From Escherichia phage teqskov, in sequence record NC_054934.1: 64,000 nt of DNA. One strand, given 5' to 3'. The notes under the pieces are model-generated. The model was given only the letters and a program-made list of their open reading frames with translations, made no database searches and was not told the DNA's origin. Made by a program: the position numbers and the translations under genes. Shown in pieces: positions 39,943 through 50,135 of the stretch (positions are counted from its first letter, which is position 1; every line of letters begins with the position of its first letter).

Positions 39943-40944
39943 ATGACTCGTAACGAATATATCAAATCATTCAATAGCGTTATTGATGATAAAGCTATAC
40001 CGATGTTTGGTCAAAATATCATTCTTTCTATTATCAATCAATGGCTCAATAGTGTTGATGCAAGTATTGTTTCTTCTACTAAATTTATTCATGAAATTCG
40101 TAAAATTTCTAGCCGTGTAGATAAAGATGTTATCAAGAAAACTTTTAAAGAGTCTCGTCTTCTTTCATATTTGGTTAATCGGGATATTCTTGGTAATTTT
40201 GGGAAAGAAATTAAACGAACCAAAGATGTAGTAGGATATAATTGGTTCGGTGATGTTAATTCTTATCATCTTAATAATAAAGAAGACCCTGAGAATATTT
40301 TTACTCGTCGTTGGATTAGTAATTTCAGACTTTTCAAAGGACAAATTCTAAAATCAGCTTCTAAATTATGTTATGGCGATTATCGTCAAATTCATCCTTT
40401 GGCTTCTGATATGATTATCGTAAAAGAATATGAGCTTGATGAAAATAAAGTAGCTATTTTTGTGAATTATGGATTTTTTACACCAAACGCTAACCAAAAG
40501 AATATTAATAAATTTTTCTCAATTGCTAGCACTATAACTCGTCAGTTAGAGACTGCATTACTTTGTATGGAAACAGTAGAAAATATTCATACATATCCTT
40601 TTAAGAATATATGCGGATGGGAAGGATATAAAATTGTAATTAGTCTTCGTGAAGTGAAATGTGCTTATTCACCTACTGATAAAGAAATTTATCAACAAAA
40701 ATGTGAGGAAATTGTGAATACTCCTAAAGAAGAAACTACTCTTGAGGAACTAATGGATAATCTTGATGATTCGCCTGAACCGGTAGAAATTCGTCCAGAA
40801 GTTATTGCATTAGAAAAAGCTTATAAAGAAGTTCTAGAAATTTCTAATAAAGCGCAGAAAGAATATGAGCAGGCTAAAAAGATTTGGGAAGAATCCGTTA
40901 ATCGTCTTGATCGTCTTGAACAAGCTTTACAGTTAATTAAGTAA
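39943..40944 (+). CDS. hypothetical protein with C-terminal coiled coil (set 3 of 4)
   Basis: 333 aa from ATG after SD GAGGAG; track start is TTG inside the promoter. Confidence 0.5.
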   Translation: MTRNEYIKSFNSVIDDKAIPMFGQNIILSIINQWLNSVDASIVSSTKFIHEIRKISSRVDKDVIKKTFKESRLLSYLVNRDILGNFGKEIKRTKDVVGYNWFGDVNSYHLNNKEDPENIFTRRWISNFRLFKGQILKSASKLCYGDYRQIHPLASDMIIVKEYELDENKVAIFVNYGFFTPNANQKNINKFFSIASTITRQLETALLCMETVENIHTYPFKNICGWEGYKIVISLREVKCAYSPTDKEIYQQKCEEIVNTPKEETTLEELMDNLDDSPEPVEIRPEVIALEKAYKEVLEISNKAQKEYEQAKKIWEESVNRLDRLEQALQLIK

Positions 40945-40996
40945 TTTAAAGCCAAGGATGGCTCGGAGTATAAATCATTAACCAAGTGAGAAGAAC

Positions 40997-41923
40997 ATGA
41001 AAACTCGTAAACATTATATTGATTATTTTGACAGTCTTATTACTAAACATCGTGATTATCAGAAAGGACATAGAGAAGTAATCAATAATATTCTTCGTGA
41101 TTTTTTAGACTATATTGGATGGGAAAACCATATTTGTAAAGATACACAAAATGCGTATTCACATTCTCTTGGTTCTTTGCTCGAGTGGTTCAAACGTTCC
41201 CGATTACTATCTTCTGTGATAGCTGTTAATAATGTTAAAAAATTTATGTATCCAAGCTACATTGAGACTAATGTATCAAATGCTAGTGTTGTTACATTTA
41301 ATATTATTAACGACGTGAAAAGAACTTATTTAGAAGAATGGTTTTCTAAAGATAGTAAAGAAAAATTTGCTAGTGAATTTTCACACGAATTCAATAATAA
41401 CGTGAATATGCTTTTTAAGCATTCTCGTAGACTGTTTTGTCATGGTGATAACCGTACTATTAATGTGAATGTAAAAGACTGGGTTACGGCTAAATTCACT
41501 CCATCGTCCCAGAATGGACAATTTGAATTGTCAATTATCGTTTGCGCTCCGCACGAGATATATAAAAATCTTCCGTATATGAAACCACGCGAAGCTAATA
41601 AACACAATGAAACTATTAGTTCTTTGGCTTATAATTTGCGCGTGTTATTATCTGATATGGATGTAGTCAAATCCTTTGATGATAATACGAATTATGGTCT
41701 TTCACTGTTTGAAACTAAATTTGTTATTAAATTAAAGGACCCTAGTGAATTTAAACCTACGCCAAAATTCAATCATGGGAATGATACTATGAAAGAAGAA
41801 CGCGAATATCTCAATGCTCGTTTGATTGAAGTTGAAAAACAAATTGAAGAGCATACTAAAGTTCTTAAGGTTTTAACCGCCAAAGCAAATGGTTTACGTA
41901 ATGCTATTGAGGTATTGAAATGA
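40997..41923 (+). CDS. hypothetical protein with C-terminal coiled coil (set 4 of 4)
   Basis: 308 aa; N-terminus MKTR as in 38860. Confidence 0.5.
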   Translation: MKTRKHYIDYFDSLITKHRDYQKGHREVINNILRDFLDYIGWENHICKDTQNAYSHSLGSLLEWFKRSRLLSSVIAVNNVKKFMYPSYIETNVSNASVVTFNIINDVKRTYLEEWFSKDSKEKFASEFSHEFNNNVNMLFKHSRRLFCHGDNRTINVNVKDWVTAKFTPSSQNGQFELSIIVCAPHEIYKNLPYMKPREANKHNETISSLAYNLRVLLSDMDVVKSFDDNTNYGLSLFETKFVIKLKDPSEFKPTPKFNHGNDTMKEEREYLNARLIEVEKQIEEHTKVLKVLTAKANGLRNAIEVLK

Positions 41924-42216
41924 AAAAGCGTCTATTAGAAGACATTGCAGAAGCTTCAGATTTTCCTGAATGGACTCCATGCGCCGGGTTTGATAAAGGA
42001 CTGCTAGTTACTGACGATTTAGATTTTAAACCTCCAGCATGGGATGCCATTATGGCTATGGTTAAACGTCGCGAAAGGGCTTCTAAAAACGTTCCTAATT
42101 GCCCTGAATGTGGAACTGAACAGGTGCAATTGGTCCATTGGCAGACTAGTAATCTTCGTTATAAATGCCGCCATTGTAAACACCGATTTGACCGAGAAGA
42201 AAATGACAAAGCGTAA
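41920..42216 (+). CDS. zinc-ribbon protein
   Basis: 98 aa; CPECG ... CRHCKH four-Cys motif. Confidence 0.5.
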
Positions 42217-42445
42217 AGAATATATGGAGACTGCTGAAAAGGCAGTCCGTGAATTAGCAATAGCGTATTATAATGAACATGGTAAATTTCCTGATAGATA
42301 CAGCGTGCTTAAATCTGCTTTAACTCGTTCATATAAAAATATGCTATCAGAAGTAAGTGATATTATATACAAACATAAAGAACAAACGGGCCAAAGTCTT
42401 GATTACGATGAGACTTTTAAACAAGTACTAGGAATTAAGGAATAA
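42203..42445 (+). CDS. hypothetical protein
   Basis: 80 aa from in-frame ATG (MTKRKEY). Confidence 0.45.
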
Positions 42446-42446
42446 T

Positions 42447-42710
42447 ATGTTTAAAGTATATGGTTATGATAGCAACATCCATAAATGCGTGTATTGCGAT
42501 AATGCAAAACGTCTTTTGACTGTAAAGAAACAGCCATTTGAATTTATCAACATTATGCCGGAAAAAGGTGTTTTTGATGATGAGAAAATCGCTGAGCTTC
42601 TAACGAAACTAGGTCGTGATACTCAAATTGGTTTGACGATGCCACAAGTATTTGCTCCTGATGGAAGTCATATTGGTGGATTTGACCAATTGCGGGAATA
42701 CTTTAAATGA
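42447..42710 (+). CDS. nrdC: thioredoxin/glutaredoxin NrdC
   Basis: 87 aa; CVYC active site; T4 NrdC size. Confidence 0.85.
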   Translation: MFKVYGYDSNIHKCVYCDNAKRLLTVKKQPFEFINIMPEKGVFDDEKIAELLTKLGRDTQIGLTMPQVFAPDGSHIGGFDQLREYFK

Positions 42711-42922
42711 TTCTCGAAGGAACTGATTATATCCATGATTATCGCGGAAGCGCGGTATATGTAGGTGATGAAGTTGCAGTTTACTATGGGTATGGAACTT
42801 TGATGACAGCCAAGGTTATTCAAATTAAAAATAATCGTGCTAAACTCGAAGTTTATTATTCTAACGGCGAAAAGTCTATTTCTAAATGGAAATACGGCGA
42901 TTGCATGGTCAAACTGGGGTAA
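42707..42922 (+). CDS. hypothetical protein
   Basis: 71 aa ORF. Confidence 0.45.
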   Translation: MILEGTDYIHDYRGSAVYVGDEVAVYYGYGTLMTAKVIQIKNNRAKLEVYYSNGEKSISKWKYGDCMVKLG

Positions 42923-42924
42923 AT

Positions 42925-43095
42925 ATGATTTACGATATTAGTGCAGCAAGAGCTCCATCAATGGTTACTATTCCAGCTGAAGAATTAGATCGTCTTCATA
43001 AAATTGAAGAACTTCTTTGGGAAATTGAATCTGATTTGCCATCAGGATTAGAATCCTGGATTGATTATGAAGAACTTAATAAATTGCGAAATTAA
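42925..43095 (+). CDS. hypothetical small protein
   Basis: 56 aa from ATG (MIYDISAAR). Confidence 0.4.
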   Translation: MIYDISAARAPSMVTIPAEELDRLHKIEELLWEIESDLPSGLESWIDYEELNKLRN

Positions 43096-43106
43096 TTGGT
43101 GAAAAA

Positions 43107-43427
43107 ATGAATACTGAAAATAAATTAGATGTTGATGCAGTTCTGAGCGAAATCATTGAAGACCATGATGCATTTTCGGAAAACTATGATTTCGATTTTT
43201 CCGATTATCTTAAACCTGTCGAAATAGAAGACTGGGTGCAAGATGGTAAATGTCAATATCGTCAGTGTGTTTACTTTAGTCCAAAACATAATGTACATGT
43301 GGCTGTAAATGAATCTCGTTCAGGTTCTTACCATTCTGACTGGTATTATGCAGTTCCTACCGTTGAACTGGTTGAGCTTCGAGAACGCGTAGTAACTCAG
43401 ACAGTAAGAGAATGGATTACGTTATAA
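43107..43427 (+). CDS. hypothetical acidic protein
   Basis: 106 aa ORF. Confidence 0.5.
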   Translation: MNTENKLDVDAVLSEIIEDHDAFSENYDFDFSDYLKPVEIEDWVQDGKCQYRQCVYFSPKHNVHVAVNESRSGSYHSDWYYAVPTVELVELRERVVTQTVREWITL

Positions 43428-43550
43428 AACCTTGGTGGGCGGCTAGATGGGAAACTGTAGAGCCAGAGCCGGAAGAACCGGTTTACACTGATGAAGAAAC
43501 AGTATATAATGAACCAACGATAAATGACTTAATTGATATGGAGATGGGAC

Positions 43551-44036
43551 ATGATTACAGTAGATAAGTGGTTTAGAATTAATCGTGTTGATACAGGGCT
43601 ATGTAATTACTGGCCGGAACTTAGTGCAGGTACTGTCTTTAAAGTTCGTGAACTTGCAAAAGAATGTGAAGATGATATAGAACCTGATACTGGAATTATT
43701 GAAATTGAACTTTCTGATGGAAAGATTATTAACATCTACGATAAGCCAATTACGTATTGGTGTTTGTGGAATACTGAATCAGTAGAAAATGGCGAAATTG
43801 AAGAAGTTGTAGAGCGAACTAATCAAGTTGTTCAGAAGCCTAAAGCCGATTTTCAAGGTGAACGTATTTCATACGCATTAGCTAAATTAGCTGCACAAGA
43901 AAATAACGATGGCTATGAAGGAAATTTGATGCAAGCTGCGGCAGAATATATTGAATGGCTTGAAACCCAAATTTCTTTTTCTGACCAAAAGATTCGGCAA
44001 TATAAGCGATTGAATCAAATGTTTTACAATACTTGA
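43551..44036 (+). CDS. pin: probable Pin (inhibitor of host Lon protease)
   Basis: 161 aa from ATG after SD GGAG; size and position upstream of gene 49 as T4 pin. Confidence 0.6.
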   Translation: MITVDKWFRINRVDTGLCNYWPELSAGTVFKVRELAKECEDDIEPDTGIIEIELSDGKIINIYDKPITYWCLWNTESVENGEIEEVVERTNQVVQKPKADFQGERISYALAKLAAQENNDGYEGNLMQAAAEYIEWLETQISFSDQKIRQYKRLNQMFYNT

Positions 44037-44078
44037 AAAATAATAAATACCCTTATCTATTTAAGGTAAGGGTTTATT

Positions 44079-44552
44079 ATGTTATTGACTGGCAAATTAT
44101 ATAAAGAAGAAAAACAAAAATTTTATAATGCACAAAACGGTAAATGCTTAATTTGCCAACGAGAACTAAATCCTGATGTTCAAGCTAATCACCTCGATCA
44201 TGACCATGAATTAAATGGACCAAAAGCAGGAAAGGTACGTGGATTGCTTTGTAATCTCTGCAATGCTGCAGAAGGTCAAATGAAGCACAAATTTAATCGT
44301 TCTGGCTTAAAGGGACAAGGTGTTGATTATCTTGAATGGTTAGAAAATTTACTTACTTATTTAAAATCCGATTACACCCAAAATAATATTCACCCTAACT
44401 TTGTTGGAGATAAATCAAAGGAATTTTCTCGTTTAGGAAAAGAGGAAATGATGGCCGAGATGCTTCAAAGAGGATTTGAATATAATGAATCTGACACCAA
44501 AACACAATTAATAGCTTCATTCAAGAAGCAGCTTAGAAAGAGTTTAAAATGA
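44079..44552 (+). CDS. 49: endonuclease VII (Holliday junction resolvase) gp49
   Basis: 157 aa; zinc motif CLICQ ... HLDHDH; matches remembered T4 gp49. Confidence 0.85.
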   Translation: MLLTGKLYKEEKQKFYNAQNGKCLICQRELNPDVQANHLDHDHELNGPKAGKVRGLLCNLCNAAEGQMKHKFNRSGLKGQGVDYLEWLENLLTYLKSDYTQNNIHPNFVGDKSKEFSRLGKEEMMAEMLQRGFEYNESDTKTQLIASFKKQLRKSLK

Positions 44553-46366
44553 CAATTGAAAAAGAAATTGAAGGATTGATTCATAAAACTAATAAAGACC
44601 TTTTAAACGAGAATGCTAATAAAGATTCTCGTGTTTTTCCAACTCAACGGGACCTTATGGCTGGTATTGTGTCTAAACACATTGCCAAAAATATGGTCCC
44701 GTCTTTTATTATGAAAGCGCATGAAAGCGGAATTATTCATTTCCATGATATTGATTATTCCCCTGCTCTTCCATTTACTAATTGTTGTTTAGTAGATTTA
44801 AAAGGAATGCTTGAAAACGGATTTAAGCTAGGTAATGCGCAGATTGAAACTCCTAAATCAATTGGAGTTGCTACTGCAATTATGGCACAAATTACTGCGC
44901 AAGTTGCTTCTCACCAATACGGCGGAACGACTTTTGCGAATGTAGATAAAGTACTTTCTCCTTATGTTAAACGCACCTATGCAAAACATATTGAGGATGC
45001 AGAAAAATGGCAAATCGCTGATGCGTTGAATTATGCTCAATCTAAAACAGAAAAAGACGTATACGATGCATTTCAAGCTTATGAATATGAAGTAAATACT
45101 CTCTTTAGTTCAAACGGACAAACGCCTTTTGTAACAATTACATTTGGTACAGGAACTGACTGGACTGAACGAATGATTCAGAAAGCAATTCTGAAAAATC
45201 GTATTAAAGGTCTTGGTCGTGATGGGATAACTCCTATTTTCCCTAAGCTTGTTATGTTTGTTGAAGAAGGTGTTAATCTTTATAAAGACGATCCGAACTA
45301 TGATATTAAACAGCTTGCTCTAGAGTGCGCAAGCAAAAGAATGTATCCTGATATTATTTCAGCTAAGAACAATAAAGCTATCACTGGTTCATCTATTCCT
45401 GTTTCTCCGATGGGATGCCGTAGTTTCTTGAGCGTATGGAAAGATTCGACTGGTAATGAAATTCTTGATGGACGTAATAATCTTGGTGTTGTAACACTGA
45501 ATCTTCCTCGCATCGCGTTAGATTCTTATATTGGAACACAATTCAATGAACAGAAATTTATCGAATTGTTCAATGAACGAATGGATTTATGTTTTGAAGC
45601 ATTGATGTGTAGAATTAGTTCCTTAAAAGGAGTTAAAGCGACTGTTGCTCCTATTCTTTACCAAGAAGGTGCATTCGGGGTTCGTCTTAAACCTGATGAC
45701 GATATAATTGAGTTATTTAAAAACGGCAGAAGTTCAGTGTCTCTAGGATACATTGGTATTCACGAATTAAATATTCTTGTCGGTCGTGATATTGGACAAG
45801 AAATTTTAACTAAAATGAATGCTCATCTTAAGCAGTGGACTGAAAGAACCGGATTTGCTTTTAGTTTGTATTCTACTCCTGCTGAAAACCTTTGTTATCG
45901 CTTCTGTAAACTTGATACAGAAAAATATGGAAGTGTAAAGGATGTTACTGATAAAGGCTGGTACACTAACAGTTTTCATGTTTCAGTAGAAGAAAATATT
46001 ACTCCGTTTGAAAAGATTTCTCGTGAAGCGCCATATCATTTCATTGCGACAGGTGGTCACATTTCTTATGTTGAACTTCCTGATATGAAAAATAACTTAA
46101 AAGGTCTTGAGGCCGTGTGGGATTATGCTGCACAGCATTTAGATTATTTTGGTGTTAATATGCCAGTAGATAAGTGTTTTACATGCGGAAGCACCCATGA
46201 AATGACTCCTACTGAAAACGGATTTGTTTGTTCTATTTGTGGAGAAACTGATCCTAAAAAGATGAACACAATAAGAAGAACATGTGGTTATTTGGGAAAT
46301 CCGAACGAACGCGGATTTAATCTCGGTAAAAATAAAGAAATCATGCATAGGGTTAAACACCAATGA
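44549..46366 (+). CDS. nrdD: anaerobic ribonucleotide reductase NrdD, uninterrupted
   Basis: 605 aa; C-terminal glycyl radical region RTCGYLGN; continuous frame, no intron. Confidence 0.9.
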   Translation: MTIEKEIEGLIHKTNKDLLNENANKDSRVFPTQRDLMAGIVSKHIAKNMVPSFIMKAHESGIIHFHDIDYSPALPFTNCCLVDLKGMLENGFKLGNAQIETPKSIGVATAIMAQITAQVASHQYGGTTFANVDKVLSPYVKRTYAKHIEDAEKWQIADALNYAQSKTEKDVYDAFQAYEYEVNTLFSSNGQTPFVTITFGTGTDWTERMIQKAILKNRIKGLGRDGITPIFPKLVMFVEEGVNLYKDDPNYDIKQLALECASKRMYPDIISAKNNKAITGSSIPVSPMGCRSFLSVWKDSTGNEILDGRNNLGVVTLNLPRIALDSYIGTQFNEQKFIELFNERMDLCFEALMCRISSLKGVKATVAPILYQEGAFGVRLKPDDDIIELFKNGRSSVSLGYIGIHELNILVGRDIGQEILTKMNAHLKQWTERTGFAFSLYSTPAENLCYRFCKLDTEKYGSVKDVTDKGWYTNSFHVSVEENITPFEKISREAPYHFIATGGHISYVELPDMKNNLKGLEAVWDYAAQHLDYFGVNMPVDKCFTCGSTHEMTPTENGFVCSICGETDPKKMNTIRRTCGYLGNPNERGFNLGKNKEIMHRVKHQ

Positions 46367-46833
46367 ATTATGATAGATTTTATCCCTGTGATTTTGTGAA
46401 CGGCCCTGGATGCAGGGCCGTTCTTTTCGTTACAGGTTGTTTGCATAAATGCGAAGGGTGTTATAATAAATCAACATGGAATGCTAGAAATGGTATTCCA
46501 TTTACTGGTGAAACACTAGAACAATTGATTGAATGTTTGAATAATGATTATATAGAAGGATTGACTATAACTGGAGGTGACCCTCTCTATCCTGATAACC
46601 GAGATGTTATTCATTGCATTGTTCAAACTATTAAAAATCTTTATCCCAATAAAAGCATTTGGTTGTGGACAGGATATAAGTTTGAAGATATTAAACAACT
46701 AGAAATGCTTAAATATGTTGATGTTATTATTGATGGGAAGTATGAGAAAAATCTTCCGACCAAAAAGCTGTGGCGAGGATCAGATAATCAGCGACTTTGG
46801 TCAAATACCGATGGGGTGTGGACACATGATTAA
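46363..46833 (+). CDS. nrdG: anaerobic RNR activating protein NrdG
   Basis: 156 aa; radical-SAM-type cysteines CLHKCEGC. Confidence 0.85.
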   Translation: MNYDRFYPCDFVNGPGCRAVLFVTGCLHKCEGCYNKSTWNARNGIPFTGETLEQLIECLNNDYIEGLTITGGDPLYPDNRDVIHCIVQTIKNLYPNKSIWLWTGYKFEDIKQLEMLKYVDVIIDGKYEKNLPTKKLWRGSDNQRLWSNTDGVWTHD

Positions 46834-46948
46834 ATTGAATTACATTATGGATACTATAAATGATATGATTTTTCATTTTGGTCCAGAATTTTATTCGCAA
46901 TATAGTTTAGTGCTTATCAATGCTTGGTTAATCAATTAAGGGTAAAAT

Positions 46949-47161
46949 ATGTATAAATTTCGTAAAGGTTTAGCTGATTTTCTTACAACTGTAACATTCT
47001 TTCTGTTTATGGCAGTTGGAGCTATTTTCCTTATTCCTTTTATTGCTATATTTTTCGTGATTAGTTTAATTTCTCCAGAAAAGGGCTTATCTTCTAGTGA
47101 GTTCAATGAGCGTCTGGATAAAATTACTAACAAGCTGAATGCTGCTCTTAGTAAGGAATAG
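46949..47161 (+). CDS. small membrane protein
   Basis: 70 aa, long hydrophobic segment. Confidence 0.45.
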   Translation: MYKFRKGLADFLTTVTFFLFMAVGAIFLIPFIAIFFVISLISPEKGLSSSEFNERLDKITNKLNAALSKE

Positions 47162-47163
47162 TT

Positions 47164-47472
47164 GTGAAACAAAATAAGATTGAAGTCTATGGAATTCCAG
47201 ATGAAGTAGGTCGTTGTCCTGGATGTCAATCAGTTACAAAACTTCTAAAGGAGCTCAATGCTCCTTTTACTTTCTATAAAGTTCTTACTAATAATGGTAA
47301 GATTGAGTATGATCGTCCACTGATTGTATCTCTTGCCAAACGCGCCGGATTCACATCTCTTAATATTCGGTATCCGGTCATTTTCATTAATGATTCTAGG
47401 CAAAAGAACATTAAACACTTCAAAGAAACTCTCATTTCACTTGGATATGATAGAGATATCATAGAAGATTAA
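47164..47472 (+). CDS. nrdH: glutaredoxin-like protein NrdH (GTG start)
   Basis: 102 aa; CPGC active site; no in-frame ATG near the start. Confidence 0.7.
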   Translation: MKQNKIEVYGIPDEVGRCPGCQSVTKLLKELNAPFTFYKVLTNNGKIEYDRPLIVSLAKRAGFTSLNIRYPVIFINDSRQKNIKHFKETLISLGYDRDIIED

Positions 47473-47475
47473 GAC

Positions 47476-47498
47476 GGGCCCTCTGGGCCTTTCTTTCT
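47476..47498 (+). terminator. hairpin plus T-rich tract
   Basis: ggccc tct gggcc followed by tttctttct. Confidence 0.4.
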
Positions 47499-47569
47499 CG
47501 CATTCTGTATATTACCATTCTAAGCTATCGTTCCCTTCTTGTCATTCCCTAAAATATTTTCACAAAGTT

Positions 47570-47599
47570 GTTTACAAGAAGTTCAAACCGTGGTATTAT
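47570..47599 (+). promoter_or_regulatory. early promoter cassette
   Basis: cattccctaaaatattttcacaaagttGTTTACaag ... tgGTATTATtaacat. Confidence 0.5.
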
Positions 47600-47629
47600 T
47601 AACATATGAATTACCTTTGAGGAATTGAT

Positions 47630-47806
47630 ATGGTTGATAAAGAGATTAAAATTGACCAGTACTATCGTGTTAACGGACATATCGTTATTGTTACAGCAGT
47701 CGATGATTTAGATGTTCATTATACTGTGATTAAATGGAACAAACGTATGATTTGTGATCGTGCTGTATTTAGTTCAGTTGCTAAGGAAATTAAACTCCAT
47801 GGGTAA
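47630..47806 (+). CDS. hypothetical small protein
   Basis: 58 aa ORF found by hand after SD GAGGAA. Confidence 0.4.
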   Translation: MVDKEIKIDQYYRVNGHIVIVTAVDDLDVHYTVIKWNKRMICDRAVFSSVAKEIKLHG

Positions 47807-48092
47807 AACGTATCGTCGTAAAGACTTAAAAGTGCGTGATTATGACTATTTCGGAAAGCGTAAAGCTCCTGATGGGGTAAGTCATAAAGATATGGTTGAA
47901 AACATTTTTCGCTCAGATAAATGGCGTAGAATGAAAGGTATTGATTCAGAAGTTAAAGATGAGTTAAATCGTCAATTACGTGGTGAAGTAAGAAAGTTGA
48001 AAAAATCAGTTTACATTGACGATGATTTTGATTATAATACTTCTCAACGAGTTGCTAAGCGCAAATCAAACGAATGTTATCGTTACAGCTGA
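47799..48092 (+). CDS. hypothetical basic protein
   Basis: 97 aa from ATG (MGKTYRRK); track start is GTG. Confidence 0.45.
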   Translation: MGKTYRRKDLKVRDYDYFGKRKAPDGVSHKDMVENIFRSDKWRRMKGIDSEVKDELNRQLRGEVRKLKKSVYIDDDFDYNTSQRVAKRKSNECYRYS

Positions 48093-48231
48093 GGAAAATA
48101 TGAATATCAAACGAATGCTTTTTAAGCAGGGGTTATACACTTTAAATGTTACTCCAAAAGGTGATACAACTAAGTGGTCAGTAAATGACTGGATTAAATT
48201 TATTGATGAAAACGGTAACTGGAAAATTTAA

Positions 48232-48432
48232 ATGAATCCTGAATCTATGTTATCGCAAAAGCTTCGTGAAGAACGCGCCAAATTTTTCCAGAACATGAAA
48301 CACAATGGTATTGAGGATGAAGTTTTTCTAAATTGGTTCTGGAATAATAAGTACACAGCATGTGAAGGAGCTTTGTTATTGTCAGTCGCAATGATGTACG
48401 AAGGCTGGAAGGGTGCCAAACAGTTTAGCTAA
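48232..48432 (+). CDS. hypothetical protein
   Basis: 66 aa ORF. Confidence 0.45.
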   Translation: MNPESMLSQKLREERAKFFQNMKHNGIEDEVFLNWFWNNKYTACEGALLLSVAMMYEGWKGAKQFS

Positions 48433-48450
48433 GGGCTTCGGCCCTTTTTT
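48432..48450 (+). terminator. rho-independent terminator
   Basis: agggcTTCGgccct followed by TTTTTT. Confidence 0.7.
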
Positions 48451-48485
48451 GGATAATAAAATTTTAATGCAATTGAGGATAATGT

Positions 48486-48812
48486 ATGACTATTCAAATT
48501 AAAAACGCCATCAATTCTTATGCATATGATAAAGTAGTTTCTTTGCTAGAAAAAGGCGATATTGTAACTCCTCAAAGTTTGGATAAATGGGAAAAAGAGC
48601 TTCATCAGACGATGAAACAGAATGATCAGAAGATTGGACGCAATACTGTCCGTGAATTGTTGGTTCAATATATCTTGTCAGAATTTGATGTTAAAGCTTT
48701 TGGCGTAGAATCTAAAGCTTATCAAAAGCATGAAATTTCCGATAAAACTATTCGTCGTATGAAAAATCAACGCAAGAAAAAATTTGCAGACCTGAAAATT
48801 ACTAAGGTATAA
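48486..48812 (+). CDS. hypothetical protein
   Basis: 108 aa ORF. Confidence 0.5.
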   Translation: MTIQIKNAINSYAYDKVVSLLEKGDIVTPQSLDKWEKELHQTMKQNDQKIGRNTVRELLVQYILSEFDVKAFGVESKAYQKHEISDKTIRRMKNQRKKKFADLKITKV

Positions 48813-48814
48813 TT

Positions 48815-49030
48815 ATGAACGAAGCTCTTATTAACGATTTACGTCTTGCTGGGTATGAAGTAAATACAAACGGCAATGGTTTAACTCAAATTGAAGGAAA
48901 TGGATTCATCCTTGAGTATGAATTTAGCCAATGGTGGTTATATGCCAATTACGGCGAATTGATTGAATATGTTGACCAATTTGATTCACTAGATGCAGCT
49001 CTTGGAGCGGCTAAGTTGATGAATGTATGA
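48815..49030 (+). CDS. hypothetical protein
   Basis: 71 aa ORF. Confidence 0.45.
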   Translation: MNEALINDLRLAGYEVNTNGNGLTQIEGNGFILEYEFSQWWLYANYGELIEYVDQFDSLDAALGAAKLMNV

Positions 49031-49296
49031 AATTTATTAATATTTCTATTACTATTGAAAATTATGGCATTTTCTATGTTGACCAATACATGAAAATTTC
49101 ATTTTTCCCAAATAAGACTGGTGTTGGATATTGGGAAAGCCATGTTTCTGAATTAAATGAAAGCGAATATGTTAGCACACATGAAAAGTTTTTAGACTTT
49201 TTATATCATGCTGATCTAACTAGTCATTATATAGATATTCATGAATTTAAAAAGATGATGGAGAAAGTATTCCAAGCATACTGCTTACTTAGATAA
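49027..49296 (+). CDS. hypothetical protein
   Basis: 89 aa ORF. Confidence 0.45.
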   Translation: MKFINISITIENYGIFYVDQYMKISFFPNKTGVGYWESHVSELNESEYVSTHEKFLDFLYHADLTSHYIDIHEFKKMMEKVFQAYCLLR

Positions 49297-49374
49297 CTGA
49301 TATCCTCTATGCTTTAAGATAGATCTTCAAATATTATGATATAATAGATCTATGAATTGAGCTAAGAGGTGAAA

Positions 49375-49932
49375 ATGTCAGAAACTAAGCCTAAATATAA
49401 TTACGTAAACAATAAAGAGCTTTTACAAGCTATTATTGATTGGAAAACAGAATTAGCAAATAATAAAGACCCAAATAAAGTAGTTCGTCAGAATGATACT
49501 ATCGGATTAGCCATTATGCTTATTGCAGAAGGCTTATCTAAGCGTTTCAACTTTTCAGGATACACCCAGTCTTGGAAACAAGAAATGATTGCAGATGGTA
49601 TAGAAGCTTCTATTAAGGGGCTTCACAATTTTGATGAAACGAAATATAAAAACCCACATGCATATATAACTCAAGCTTGTTTTAATGCATTCGTCCAACG
49701 TATTAAAAAAGAACGTAAGGAAGTTGCAAAGAAATATAGTTACTTCGTTCACAATGTCTATGACAGTCGTGACGACGATATGGTTGCGTTAGTAGATGAA
49801 ACTTTTATTCAAGACATCTACGATAAAATGACGCATTACGAAGAATCAACCTATAGAACACCGGGGGCTGAAAAGAAAAGTGTTGTAGACGATTCTCCTA
49901 GTTTGGATTTTTTATATGAGGCTAACGATTAA
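49375..49932 (+). CDS. 55: late-transcription sigma factor gp55
   Basis: 185 aa from [23 protein letters not shown]; matches remembered T4 gp55. Confidence 0.85.
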
Positions 49933-50134
49933 CCTCTCCGGATTCTTGGAAGAAATACCTGAAGTTGAAGCTATTCCCTATTTACTTAAAATGTATCTCA
50001 GGGAAGTTTTAGCTCTTGACATTGATATTGATCCAGAAAATCCGTATGATACCGCTTTTAAATCTAATGGTGTAGAATTAAATTACAGGTATCATTTAAC
50101 AGATGATGATTTTTATTTTATATTAGAGAAATAA
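49916..50134 (+). CDS. hypothetical protein
   Basis: 72 aa ORF. Confidence 0.45.
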
Positions 50135-50135
50135 T

